Shown one piece after another: positions 26,050 to 39,567 of a DNA stretch of 64,000 bases. Origin of the DNA: Octopus vulgaris (lineage: Eukaryota); the NCBI GenBank assembly GCA_951406725.2, contig CATOCA020000002.1, positions 1,240,001-1,304,000 of the forward strand, written 5' to 3'. The position numbers were made by a program, and so were the translations under genes. The first letter of the stretch is position 1; the number at the start of each line of letters is the position of its first letter. A model generated the notes under the pieces. That model ran no database searches, was not told the DNA's origin, and saw only the letters and a program-made list of their open reading frames with translations.

Positions 26050-27806
26050 CTGTATGATGAATATATACTATTTTTTTACATTCTCGATAGACAGAGATCT
26101 TGTGCATTACGTCATCACAAATGTAGTTTATAGAAAGAATTTTGGATATTATCAATATATGAGAATTTAGTTCTTATATATTATTTAATTAAGAAGTATT
26201 GTTAATTATAGTTTAAAATTAATATTAATGTAATAGGTTGAAAATATGTATTGCTAGGTAAAAGTTCTAAATATTTAGTTAAGTATAAGTATAAAAAGAC
26301 TGTTGTATTAGTTAAAGATAGGAATTTGTTACATTATGTCATCTCAATTAGTGTTAATAGAAATAGTCACAAAATATATTCAATATGTAGTGATTAAGTT
26401 AATCTCAGTAAATTAATTAATAATTATTATTAATTAGTATTTAGGATATTGTTAGAATACTAGTTGTTAATTTAAGGTAATAAGGTCAAAAATATTATGT
26501 ATCATAAGTGGTATAATCAATAATAATTATCTCAGTGTTTATAGAGATAGTTACAAAGCATTTTCAATAAAGCTAGCCTGTCATATCAATAGGTAATATG
26601 TCTCTTAAATATTAGAGTATATTATATGAATATTATATTATATAGTTCAATATTACCCTATATTATGTGTATAAAGTTTAATTATACTTAGAGAAAACAT
26701 ATTTCGCTGAATGAAGACAAGATACATTTTTTTCTTTTTTTTTAAAGTAAATATTTTCTAGATGTAAGGATTTTATATGCTTCTTCAGTACACAACTCAC
26801 ATATTTTGTTAGCGATTTTATATGACTTTGCAAAACTAATAATCTCCCATTTGATATTAAATTCAATGTTGTTATCCTTTAATTCCCATATGAACTTACT
26901 TCATCTGGTAGAATTTATTTTTTGTCTATTTTTAAAGCTCTGTAAATGGTTAACCACCTTAATCTTAATTCTATTTTCTTTTGACCCTATATAATTGAAT
27001 TTCTTTCCTTGAGATTCAACTATACATTGGTACACTAAGTTATCTTTCTTATATAGATTTCAAAATTTACATTTAATTTTAAATTAACAGTCGCAAGTTT
27101 CTTTACATCTTTATGTATAGATTTATTTGAAATATTATTAGAAAGGGAGATAATATGTGTTATTTTCCTTCTATCATTAAGACCATTAACATTATTATTT
27201 GTGTTTGGGAGATTAAGTTGGTATTGATGTGAATTATTGTATTGGATATTTTTATTATTGTAGAAATTATGTAATTTTTTGTTATTAATAGATGATATAA
27301 TCATGAACAAGTTACGAGTTAAATTAAAACTAACTCTGACATATTTATAATTAATAATTTCACCTTATTTATTATTGTTGTTAAAATGCTTATAAATAGA
27401 CTTGTATATAGATTTAAATTATTTTCAATTTGCATAGCATATGGAATGATAAGCCAAATCATATTAGACTCGTCATAATTATTTTTAGAGAGTTTATAAT
27501 CTATTTTAGATATAGTAAAATTCATGGAAGAGGTATATAGTTTATTTTTTCTATTACAAATATTACGTGGATTATTAACAGTATGAGTATTCAAGGGAAT
27601 TATCAGTTTATTATTATCAAATATATAAATATATATATACAAATTGAGATAGGGGTTGCAAATTCAACCCTCCATGATATAACATATATCCAATATACTG
27701 CTAGTGAAGTACACAACAAAGTTAATACATAAATGTTAAGAATTGCGATGCAATTAATTCATTTACTGTATTACATGGGCAAAGGTAAAATTATTTTTAC
27801 CATAAA
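26050..27806 (-). mobile_element. older degenerate Penelope-like copy (linker + GIY-YIG)
   Basis: PYAMQI, IISSINNKKL, VYQCIV, FIWELK..NIKWEI, CELC parallel the ORF at 42204-43118. Confidence 0.75.
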
Positions 27807-28026
27807 TTAATAATTCAAAATAAGAAAATGGAGAAATACATCTAAATCATTTATCAACTACAAGATAATACCCAATCATATACTTTATTAAACCACTACA
27901 TAAGAACATTAGGGTTAAACATAAAAATATATAACAAAACAGCGTACATGAATGAGTAATACAATACAATAAGTACAATCATTATAAGAGGGTATAAATA
28001 AATAAATATAAATATATATAAATATA

Positions 28027-28076
28027 ACATTCGTATCTTCGCGCCATCTTGAAGCCTTTCCTCTCTAATACACATG

Positions 28077-28112
<36 letters not shown>

Positions 28113-30220
28113 TACAAGCTGTGAATTTCCGAGCGCGAGCAAGATAGGTGTTGAATTGCTACTTTGAATTGCTATTTTCAATTCTTTACTGACCATTCAT
28201 AATTTTATCAAATTTCTCTATCTGTCTATCTTATCTAATCTTATTCATTTCATTTCATTTCTCCTCGTATTAATCAACATTCGTATCTTCGCGCCATCTT
28301 GAAGCCTTTCCTCTCTAATACACATGTGCTATCTCTCTCTCTCTCTCATCTACAAGCTGTGAATTTCCGAGCGCGAGCAAGATAGGTGTTGAATTGCTAC
28401 TTTGAATTGCTATTTTCAATTCTTTACTGACCATTCATAATTTTATCAAATTTCTCTATCTGTCTATCTTATTCATTTCATTTCATTTCTCCTCGTATTA
28501 ATCAACATTCGTATCTTCGCGCCATCTTGAAGCCTTTCCTCTCTAATACACATGTGCTATCTCTCTCTCTCTCTCTCTCTCATCTACAAGCTGTGAATTT
28601 CCGAGCGCGAGCAAGATAGGTGTTGAATTGCTACTTTGAATTGCTATTTTCAATTCTTTACTGACCATTCATAATTTTATCAAATTTCTCTATCTGTCTA
28701 TCTTATCTAATCTTATTCATTTCATTTCATTTCTCCTCGTATTAATCAACATTCGTATCTTCGCGCCATCTTGAAGCCTTTCCTCTCTAATACACATGTG
28801 CTATCTCTCTCTCTCTCTCATCTACAAGCTGTAAATTTCCGAGCGCGAGCAAGATAGGTGTTGAATTGCTACTTTGAATTGCTATTTTCAATTCTTTACT
28901 GACCATTCATAATTTTATCAAATTTCTCTATCTGTTTATCTTATCTAATCTTATTCATTTCATTTCATTTCTCCTCGTATTAATCAACATTCGTATCTTC
29001 GCGCCATCTTGAAGCCTTTCCTCTCTAATACACATGTGCTATCTCTCTCTCTCTCTCATCTACAAGCTGTAAATTTCCGAGCGCAAGCAAGATAGGTGTT
29101 GAATTGCTACTTTGAATTGCTATTTTCAATTCTTTACTGACCATTCATAATTTTATCAAATTTCTCTATCTGTTTATCTTATCTAATCTTATTCATTTCA
29201 TTTCATTTCTCCTCGTATTAATCAACATTCGTATCTTCGCGCCATCTTGAAGCCTTTCCTCTCTAATACACATGTGCTATCTCTCTCTCTCTCTCTCATC
29301 TACAAGCTGTGAATTTCCGAGCGCGAGCAAGATAGGTGTTGAATTGCTACTTTGAATTGCTATTTTCAATTCTTTACTGACCATTCATAATTTTATCAAA
29401 TTTCTCTATCTGTCTATCTTATCTAATCTTATTCATTTCATTTCATTTCTCCTCGTATTAATCAACATTCGTATCTTCGCGCCATCTTGAAGCCTTTCCT
29501 CTCTAATACACATGTGCTATCTCTCTCTCTCTCTCATCTACAAGCTGTGAATTTCCGAGCGCGAGCAAGATAGGTGTTGAATTGCTACTTTGAATTGCTA
29601 TTTTCAATTCTTTACTGACCATTCATAATTTTATCAAATTTCTCTATCTGTCTATCTTATTCATTTCATTTCATTTCTCCTCGTATTAATCAACATTTGT
29701 ATCTTCGCGCCATCTTGAAGCCTTTCCTCTCTAATACACATGTGCTATCTCTCTCTCTCTCTCATCTACAAGCTGTGAATTTCCGAGCGCGAGCAAGATA
29801 GGTGTTGAATTGCTACTTTGAATTGCTATTTTCAATTCTTTACTGACCATTCATAATTTTATCAAATTTCTCTATCTGTCTATCTTATCTAATCTTATTC
29901 ATTTCCTTTCATTTCTCCTCGTATTAATCAACATTCGTATCTTCGCGCCATCTTGAAGCCTTTCCTCTCTAATACACATGTGCTATCTCTCTCTCTCTCT
30001 CATCTACAAGCTGTGAATTTCCGAGCGCGAGCAAGATAGGTGTTGAATTGCTACTTTGAATTGCTATTTTCAATTCTTTACTGACCATTCATAATTTTAT
30101 CAAATTTCTCTATCTGTCTATCTTATCTAATCTTATTCATTTCATTTCATTTCTCCTCGTATTAATCAACATTCGTATCTTCGCGCCATCTTGAAGCCTT
30201 TCCTCTCTAATACACATGTG

Positions 30221-30258
<38 letters not shown>

Positions 30259-30474
30259 TACAAGCTGTGAATTTCCGAGCGCGAGCAAGATAGGTGTTGA
30301 ATTGCTACTTTGGATTGCTATTTTCAATTCTTTACTGACCATTCATAATTTTATGAAATTTCTCTATCTGTCTATCTTATCTAATCTTATTCATTTCATT
30401 TCATTTCTCCTCGTATTAATCAACATTCGTATCTTCGCGCCATCTTGAAGCCTTTCCTCTCTAATACACATGTG

Positions 30475-30532
<58 letters not shown>

Positions 30533-30751
30533 TACAAGCTGTGAATTTCCGAGCGCGAGCAAGATAGGTGTTGAATTGCTACTTTGAATTGCTATTTTCA
30601 ATTCTTTACTGACCATTCATAATTTTATCAAATTTCTCTATCTGTCTATCTTATCTAATCTTATTCATTTCATTTCATTTCTCCTCGTATTAATCAACAT
30701 TCGTATCTTCGCGCCATCTTGAAGCCTTTCCTCTCTAATACACATGTGCTA

Positions 30752-30782
<31 letters not shown>

Positions 30783-31002
30783 CATCTACAAGCTGTGAAT
30801 TTCCGAGCGCGAGCAAGATAGGTGTTGAATTGCTACTTTGAATTGCTATTTTCAATTCTTTACTGACCATTCATAATTTTATCAAATTTCTCTATCTGTC
30901 TATCTTATCTAATCTTATTCATTTCATTTCATTTCTCCTCGTATTAATCAACATTCGTATCTTCGCGCCATCTTGAAGCCGTTCCTCTCTAATACACATG
31001 TG

Positions 31003-31050
<48 letters not shown>

Positions 31051-31254
31051 TACAAGCTGTGAATTTCCAAGCGCGAGCAAGATAGGTGTTTGAATTGCTA
31101 TTTTCAATTCTTTACTGACCATTCATAATTTTATCAAATTTCTCTATCTGTCTATCTTATCTAATCTTATTCATTTCATTTCATTTCTCCTCGTATTAAT
31201 CAACATTCGTATCTTCGCGCCATCTTGAAGCCTTTCCTCTCTAATACACATGTG

Positions 31255-31292
<38 letters not shown>

Positions 31293-31508
31293 TACAAGCT
31301 GTGAATTTCCGAGCGCGAGCAAGATAGGTGTTGAATTGCTACTTTGAATTGCTATTTTCAATTCTTTACTGACCATTCATAATTTTATCAAATTTCTCTA
31401 TCTGTCTATCTTATCTAATCTTATTCATTTCATTTCATTTCTCCTCGTATTAATCAACATTCGTATCTTCGCGCCATCTTGAAGCCTTTCCTCTCTAATA
31501 CACATGTG

Positions 31509-31553
<45 letters not shown>

Positions 31554-32562
31554 CTCTTCTCCTCTCTAATACACATGTGCTATCTCTCTCTTCTCTCTTC
31601 TCTCTCTCTCTCTCATCTACAAGCTGTGAATTTCCGAGCGCGAGCAAGATAGGTGTTGAATTGCTACTTTGAATTGCTATTTTCAATTCTTTACTGACCA
31701 TTCATAATTTTATCAAATTTCTCTATCTTATCTAATCTTATTCATTTCATTTCATTTCTCCTCGTATTAATCAACATTCGTATCTTCGCGCCATCTTGAA
31801 GCCTTTCCTCTCTAATACACATGTGCTATCTCTCTCTCTCTCTCTCTCTCTCATCTACAAGCTGTGAATTTCCGAGCGCGAAGCAAGATAGGTGTTGAAT
31901 TGCTACTTTGAATTGCTATTTTCAATTCTTTACTGACCATTCATAATTTTATCAAATTTCTCTATCTGTCTATCTTATCTAATCTTATTCATTTCATTTC
32001 ATTTCTCCTCGTATTAATCAACATTCGTATCTTCGCGCCATCTTGAAGCCTTTCCTCTCTAATACACATGTGCTATCTCTCTCTCTCTCTCTCTCTCTCT
32101 CATCTACAAGCTGTGAATTTCCGAGCGCGAGCAAGATAGGTGTTGAATTGCTACTTTGAATTGCTATTTTCAATTCTTTACTGACCATTCATAATTTTAT
32201 CAAATTTCTCTATCTGTCTATCTTATCTAATCTTATTCATTTCATTTCATTTCTCCTCGTATTAATCAACATTCGTATCTTCGCGCCATCTTGAAGCCTT
32301 TCCTCTCTAATACACATGTGCTATCTCTCTCTCTCTCTCTCTCTCATCTACAAGCTGTGAATTTCCGAGCGCGAGCAAGATAGGTGTTGAATTGCTACTT
32401 TGAATTGCTATTTTCAATTCTTTACTGACCATTCATAATTTTATCAAATTTCTCTATCTGTCTATCTTATCTAATCTTATTCATTTCATTTCATTTCTCC
32501 TCGTATTAATCAACATTCGTATCTTCGCGCCATCTTGAAGCCTTTCCTCTCTAATACACATG

Positions 32563-32604
<42 letters not shown>

Positions 32605-32820
32605 TACAAGCTGTGAATTTCCGAGCGCGAGCAAGATAGGTGTTGAATTGCTACTTTGAATTGCTATTTTCAATTCTTTACTGACCATTCATAATTTTAT
32701 CAAATTTCTCTATCTGTCTATCTTATCTAATCTTATTCATTTCATTTCATTTCTCCTCGTATTAATCAACATTCGTATCTTCGCGCCATCTTGAAGCCTT
32801 TCCTCTCTAATACACATGTG

Positions 32821-32864
<44 letters not shown>

Positions 32865-33080
32865 TACAAGCTGTGAATTTCCGAGCGCGAGCAAGATAGG
32901 TGTTGAATTGCTACTTTGAATTGCTATTTTCAATTCTTTACTGACCATTCATAATTTTATCAAATTTCTCTATCTGTCTATCTTATCTAATCTTATTCAT
33001 TTCATTTCATTTCTCCTCGTATTAATCAACATTCGTATCTTCGCGCCATCTTGAAGCCTTTCCTCTCTAATACACATGTG

Positions 33081-33134
<54 letters not shown>

Positions 33135-33350
33135 TACAAGCTGTGAATTTCCGAGCGCGAGCAAGATAGGTGTTGAATTGCTACTTTGAATTGCTATTTT
33201 CAATTCTTTACTGACCATTCATAATTTTATCAAATTTCTCTATCTGTCTATCTTATCTAATCTTATTCATTTCATTTCATTTCTCCTCGTATTAATCAAC
33301 ATTCGTATCTTCGCGCCATCTTGAAGCCTTTCCTCTCTAATACACATGTG

Positions 33351-33398
<48 letters not shown>

Positions 33399-33614
33399 TA
33401 CAAGCTGTGAATTTCCGAGCGCGAGCAAGATAGGTGTTGAATTGCTACTTTGAATTGCTATTTTCAATTCTTTACTGACCATTCATAATTTTATCAAATT
33501 TCTCTATCTGTCTATCTTATCTAATCTTATTCATTTCATTTCATTTCTCCTCGTATTAATCAACATTCGTATCTTCGCGCCATCTTGAAGCCTTTCCTCT
33601 CTAATACACATGTG

Positions 33615-33654
<40 letters not shown>

Positions 33655-34856
33655 TACAAGCTGTGAATTTCCGAGCGCGAGCAAGATAGGTGTTGAATTG
33701 CTACTTTGAATTGCTATTTTCAATTCTTTACTGACCATTCATAATTTTATCAAATTTCTCTATCTGTCTATCTTATCTAATCTTATTCATTTCATTTCAT
33801 TTCTCCTCGTATTAATCAACATTCGTATCTTCGCGCCATCTTGAAGCCTTTCCTCTCTAATACACATGTGCTATCTCTCTCTCTCTCTCTCTCTCTCATC
33901 TACAAGCTGTGAATTTCCGAGCGCGAGCAAGATAGGTGTTGAATTGCTACTTTGAATTGCTATTTTCAATTCTTTACTGACCATTCATAATTTTATCAAA
34001 TTTCTCTATCTGTCTATCTTATCTAATCTTATTCATTTCATTTCATTTCTCCTCGTATTAATCAACATTCGTATCTTCGCGTCATCTTGAAGCCTTTCCT
34101 CTCTAATACACATGTGCTATCTCTCTATCTCTCTCTCTCTCTCTCTCTCTCATCTACAAGCTGTGAATTTCCGAGCACGAGCAAGATAGGTGTTGAATTG
34201 CTACTTTGAATTGCTATTTTCAATTCTTTACTGACCATTCATAATTTTATCAAATTTCTCTATCTGTCTATCTTATCTAATCTTATTCATTTCATTTCAT
34301 TTCTCCTCGTATTAATCAACATTCGTATCTTCGCGCCATCTTGAAGCCTTTCCTCTCTAATACACATGTGCTATCTCTCTCTCTCTCTCTCATCTACAAG
34401 CTGTGAATTTCCGAGCGCGAGCAAGATAGGTGTTGAATTGCTACTTTGAATTGCTATTTTCAATTCTTTACTGACCATTCATAATTTTATCAAATTTCTC
34501 TATCTGTCTATCTTATCTAATCTTATTCATTTCATTTCATTTCTCCTCGTATTAATCAACATTCGTATCTTCGCGTCATCTTGAAGCCTTTCCTCTCTAA
34601 TACACATGTGCTATCTCTCTCTCTCTCTCTCTCTCTCATCTACAAGCTGTGAATTTCCGAGCGCGAGCAAGATAGGTGTTGAATTGCTACTTTGAATTGC
34701 TATTTTCAATTCTTTACTGACCATTCATAATTTTATGAAATTTCTCTATCTGTCTATCTTATCTAATCTTATTCATTTCATTTCATTTCTCCTCGTATTA
34801 ATCAACATTCGTATCTTCGCGCCATCTTGAAGCCTTTCCTCTCTAATACACATGTG

Positions 34857-34902
<46 letters not shown>

Positions 34903-35118
34903 TACAAGCTGTGAATTTCCGAGCGCGAGCAAGATAGGTGTTGAATTGCTACTTTGAATTGCTATTTTCAATTCTTTACTGACCATTCATAATTTTATCA
35001 AATTTCTCTATCTGTCTATCTTATCTAATCTTATTCATTTCATTTCATTTCTCCTCGTATTAATCAACATTCGTATCTTCGCGCCATCTTGAAGCCTTTC
35101 CTCTCTAATACACATGTG

Positions 35119-35158
<40 letters not shown>

Positions 35159-36114
35159 TACAAGCTGTGAATTTCCGAGCGCGAGCAAGATAGGTGTTGA
35201 ATTGCTACTTTGAATTGCTATTTTCAATTCTTTACTGACCATTCATAATTTTATCAAATTTCTCTATCTGTCTATCTTATCTAATCTTATTCATTTCATT
35301 TCATTTCTCCTCGTATTAATCAACATTCGTATCTTCGCGCCATCTTGAAGCCTTTCCTCTCTAATACACATGTGCTATCTCTCTCTCTCTCTCTCTCTCA
35401 TCTACAAGCTGTGAATTTCCGAGCGCGAGCAAGATAGGTGTTGAATTGCTACTTTGAATTGCTATTTTCAATTCTTTACTGACCATTCATAATTTTATCA
35501 AATTTCTCTATCTGTCTATCTTATCTAATCTTATTCATTTCATTTCATTTCTCCTCGTATTAATCAACATTCGTATCTTCGCGCCATCTTGAAGCCTTTC
35601 CTCTCTAATACACATGTGCTATCTCTCTCTCTCTCTGTCTCTCTCTCTCTCTCTCTCTCATCTACAAGCTGTGAATTTCCGAGCGCGAGCAAGATAGGTG
35701 TTGAATTGCTACTTTGAATTGCTATTTTCAATTCTTTACTGACCATTCATAATTTTATCAAATTTCTCTATCTTATCTAATCTTATTCATTTCATTTCAT
35801 TTCTCCTCGTATTAATCAACATTCGTATCTTCGCGCCATCTTGAAGCCTTTCCTCTCTAATACACATGTGCTATCTCTCTCTCTCTCTCTCTCTCTCATC
35901 TACAAGCTGTGAATTTCCGAGCGCGAGCAAGATAGGTGTTGAATTGCTACTTTGAATTGCTATTTTCAATTCTTTACTGACCATTCATAATTTTATCAAA
36001 TTTCTCTATCTGTCTATCTTATCTAATCTTATTCATTTCATTTCATTTCTCCTCGTATTAATCAACATTCGTATCTTCGCGTCATCTTGAAGCCTTTCCT
36101 CTCTAATACACATG

Positions 36115-36156
<42 letters not shown>

Positions 36157-36618
36157 TACAAGCTGTGAATTTCCGAGCACGAGCAAGATAGGTGTTGAAT
36201 TGCTACTTTGAATTGCTATTTTCAATTCTTTACTGACCATTCATAATTTTATCAAATTTCTCTATCTGTCTATCTTATCTAATCTTATTCATTTCATTTC
36301 ATTTCTCCTCGTATTAATCAACATTCGTATCTTCGCGCCATCTTGAAGCCTTTCCTCTCTAATACACATGTGCTATCTCTCTCTCTCTCTCTCTCTCTCA
36401 TCTACAAGCTGTGAATTTCCGAGCGCGAGCAAGATAGGTGTTGAATTGCTACTTTGAATTGCTATTTTCAATTCTTTACTGACCATTCATAATTTTATCA
36501 AATTTCTCTATCTGTCTATCTTATCTAATCTTATTCATTTCATTTCATTTCTCCTCGTATTAATCAACATTCGTATCTTCGCGCCATCTTGAAGCCTTTC
36601 CTCTCTAATACACATGTG

Positions 36619-36678
<60 letters not shown>

Positions 36679-36886
36679 TACAAGCTGTGAATTTCCGAGT
36701 GCGAGCAAGATAGGTGTTGAATTGCTACTTTGAATTGCTATTTTCAATTCTTTACTGACGATTCATAATATTATCAAATTTCTCTATCTTATCTAATCTT
36801 ATTCATTTCATTTCATTTCTCCTCGTATTAATCAACATTCGTATCTTCGCGCCATCTTGAAGCCTTTCCTCTCTAATACACATGTG

Positions 36887-36938
<52 letters not shown>

Positions 36939-37637
36939 TACAAGCTGTGAATTTCCGAGCGCGAGCAAGATAGGTGTTGAATTGCTACTTTGAATTGCTA
37001 TTTTCAATTCTTTACTGACCATTCATAATTTTATCAAATTTCTCTATCTGTCTATCTTATCTAATCTTATTCATTTCATTTCATTTCTCCTCGTATTAAT
37101 CAACATTCGTATCTTCGCGTCATCTTGAAGCCTTTCCTCTCTAATACACATGTCTCTATCTCTCTCTCTCTCTCTCTCTCTCATCTACAAGCTGTGAATT
37201 TCCGAGCACGAGCAAGATAGGTGTTGAATTGCTACTTTGAATTGCTATTTTCAATTCTTTACTGACCATTCATAATTTTATCAAATTTCTCTATCTGTCT
37301 ATCTTATCTAATCTTATTCATTTCATTTCATTTCTCCTCGTATTAATCAACATTCGTATCTTCGCGCCATCTTGAAGCCTTTCCTCTCTAATACACATGT
37401 GCTATCTCTCTCTCTCTCTCTCTCTCTCATCTACAAGCTGTGAATTTCCGAGCGCGAGCAAGATAGGTGTTGAATTGCGACTTTGAATTGCTATTTTCAA
37501 TTCTTTACTGACCATTCATAATTTTATCAAATTTCTCTATCTGTCTATCTTATTCATTTCATTTCATTTCTCCTCGTATTAATCAACATTCGTATCTTCA
37601 CGCCATCTTGAAGCCTTTCCTCTCTAATACACATGTG

Positions 37638-37673
<36 letters not shown>

Positions 37674-38605
37674 TACAAGCTGTGAATTTCCGAGCGCGAG
37701 CAAGATAGGTGTTGAATTGCTACTTTGAATTGCTATTTTCAATTCTTTACTGACCATTCATAATTTTATCAAATTTCTCTATCTGTCTATCTTATCTAAT
37801 CTTATTCATTTCATTTCATTTCTCCTCGTATTAATCAACATTCGTATCTTCGCGCCATCTTGAAGCCTTTCCTCTCTAATACACATGTGCTATCTCTCTC
37901 TCTCTCATCTACAAGCTGTGAATTTCCGAGCGCGAGCAAGATAGGTGTTGAATTGCTACTTTGAATTGCTATTTTCAATTCTTTACTGACCATTCATAAT
38001 TTTATCAAATTTCTCTATCTGTCTATCTTATTCATTTCATTTCATTTCTCCTCGTATTAATCAACATTCGTATCTTCGCGCCATCTTGAAGCCTTTCCTC
38101 TCTAATACACATGTGCTATCTCTCTCTCTCTCTCTCTCTGTCTCTCTCATCTACAAGCTGTGAATTTCCGAGCGCGAGCAAGATAGGTGTTGAATTGCTA
38201 CTTTGAATTGCTATTTTCAATTCTTTACTGACCATTCATAATTTTATCAAATTTCTCTATCTGTCTATCTTATCTAATCTTATTCATTTCATTTCATTTC
38301 TCCTCGTATTAATCAACATTCGTATCTTCGCGCCATCTTGAAGCCTTTCCTCTCTAATACACATGTGCTATCTCTCTCTCTCTCTCATCTACAAGCTGTG
38401 AATTTCCGAGCGCGAGCAAGATAGGTGTTGAATTGCTACTTTGAATTGCTATTTTCAATTCTTTACTGACCATTCATAATTTTATCAAATTTCTCTATCT
38501 GTCTATCTTATCTAATCTTATTCATTTCATTTCATTTCTCCTCGTATTAATCAACAGTCGTATCTTCGCGCCATCTTGAAGCCTTTCCTCTCTAATACAC
38601 ATGTG

Positions 38606-38641
<36 letters not shown>

Positions 38642-39069
38642 TAGAAGCTGTGAATTTCCGAGCGCGAGCAAGATAGGTGTTGAATTGCTACTTTGAATTG
38701 CTATTTTCAATTCTTTACTGACCATTCATAATTTTATCAAATTTCTCTATCTGTCTATCTTATCTAATCTTATTCATTTCATTTCATTTCATTTCTCCTC
38801 GTATTAATCAACATTCATATCTTCGCGCCATCTTGAAGCCTTTCCTCTCTAATACACATGTGCTATCTCTCTCTCTCTCTCTCTCATCTACAAGCTGTGA
38901 ATTTCCGAGCGCGAGCAAGATAGGTGTTGAATTGCTACTTTGAATTGCTATTTTCAATTCTTTACTGACCATTCATAATTTTATCAAATTTCTCTATCTG
39001 TCTATCTTATCTAATCTTATTCATTTCATTTCATTTCTCCTCGTATTAATCAACATTCGTATCTTCGCG
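28027..39069 (+). repeat. tandem array of 44 monomers (~224 bp constant + (CT)6-26)
   Basis: Counted 44 full units starting CATTCGTATCTTCGCG plus a 16-nt start of a 45th at 39054; mean ~250 bp. Confidence 0.98.
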
Positions 39070-39567
39070 GTGCACCCGCCCTACCCACCCCCACCACCAA
39101 TACCGGATATGTATATGTTTGCTCCATCTATACCGGACGTCGCTTCTCCCACCACCATTATAGGTGTCTACTCTTCGAACCCCCCTCTTCAATACGCTAT
39201 TTCACCATGCATTACCCCTCTCTCGATATCCTACGTTCTACTTGCCTAGAACCTGTCATCATTTCTCTGAACCACCCCTCCCCACTGGTGCTCCCCTATA
39301 TTTCTGCACCCCCCACATAAAAAGCACCATCCGAACGTGGCCGATGCCAGACTCCTCTGGCACCTGTGCAGGTGGCACGTAAAAAACACCCACTACACTC
39401 GCGGAGTGGTTGGCGTTAGGAAGGGCATCCAGCTGTACAAACACTGCCAGACTAGACTGGAGCCTGGGGCAGTCCCGAGCTCCCCAGACCCCGGTCGAAA
39501 CCGTCCAACCCGTGCTAGCGCGGAAAACGGACGTTAAACGATGATGATGATGATGATGATGATGACG
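39070..39567 (+). mobile_element. bipartite RTE-derived segment (5'-UTR-like part joined to RTE 3' UTR and (GAT)n tail), contiguous with the array
   Basis: GCGGTGCACCCGCCCT shared with 21218-21233 (minus); 39314-39567 matches 54700-54940. Confidence 0.8.

Noticed and set aside
30191-35746. Repeated short ORFs (MVSKELKIAIQ..., MKPFLSNTH...) in the array
   Set aside because: They open or close depending on (CT)n length modulo 3, and show no protein homology I recognise.
28027-39069. CRISPR-like array (constant repeat + variable spacer)
   Set aside because: The constant part is ~224 bp, the 'spacers' are only (CT)n length variants, there are no cas genes, and the context is a eukaryotic intron.
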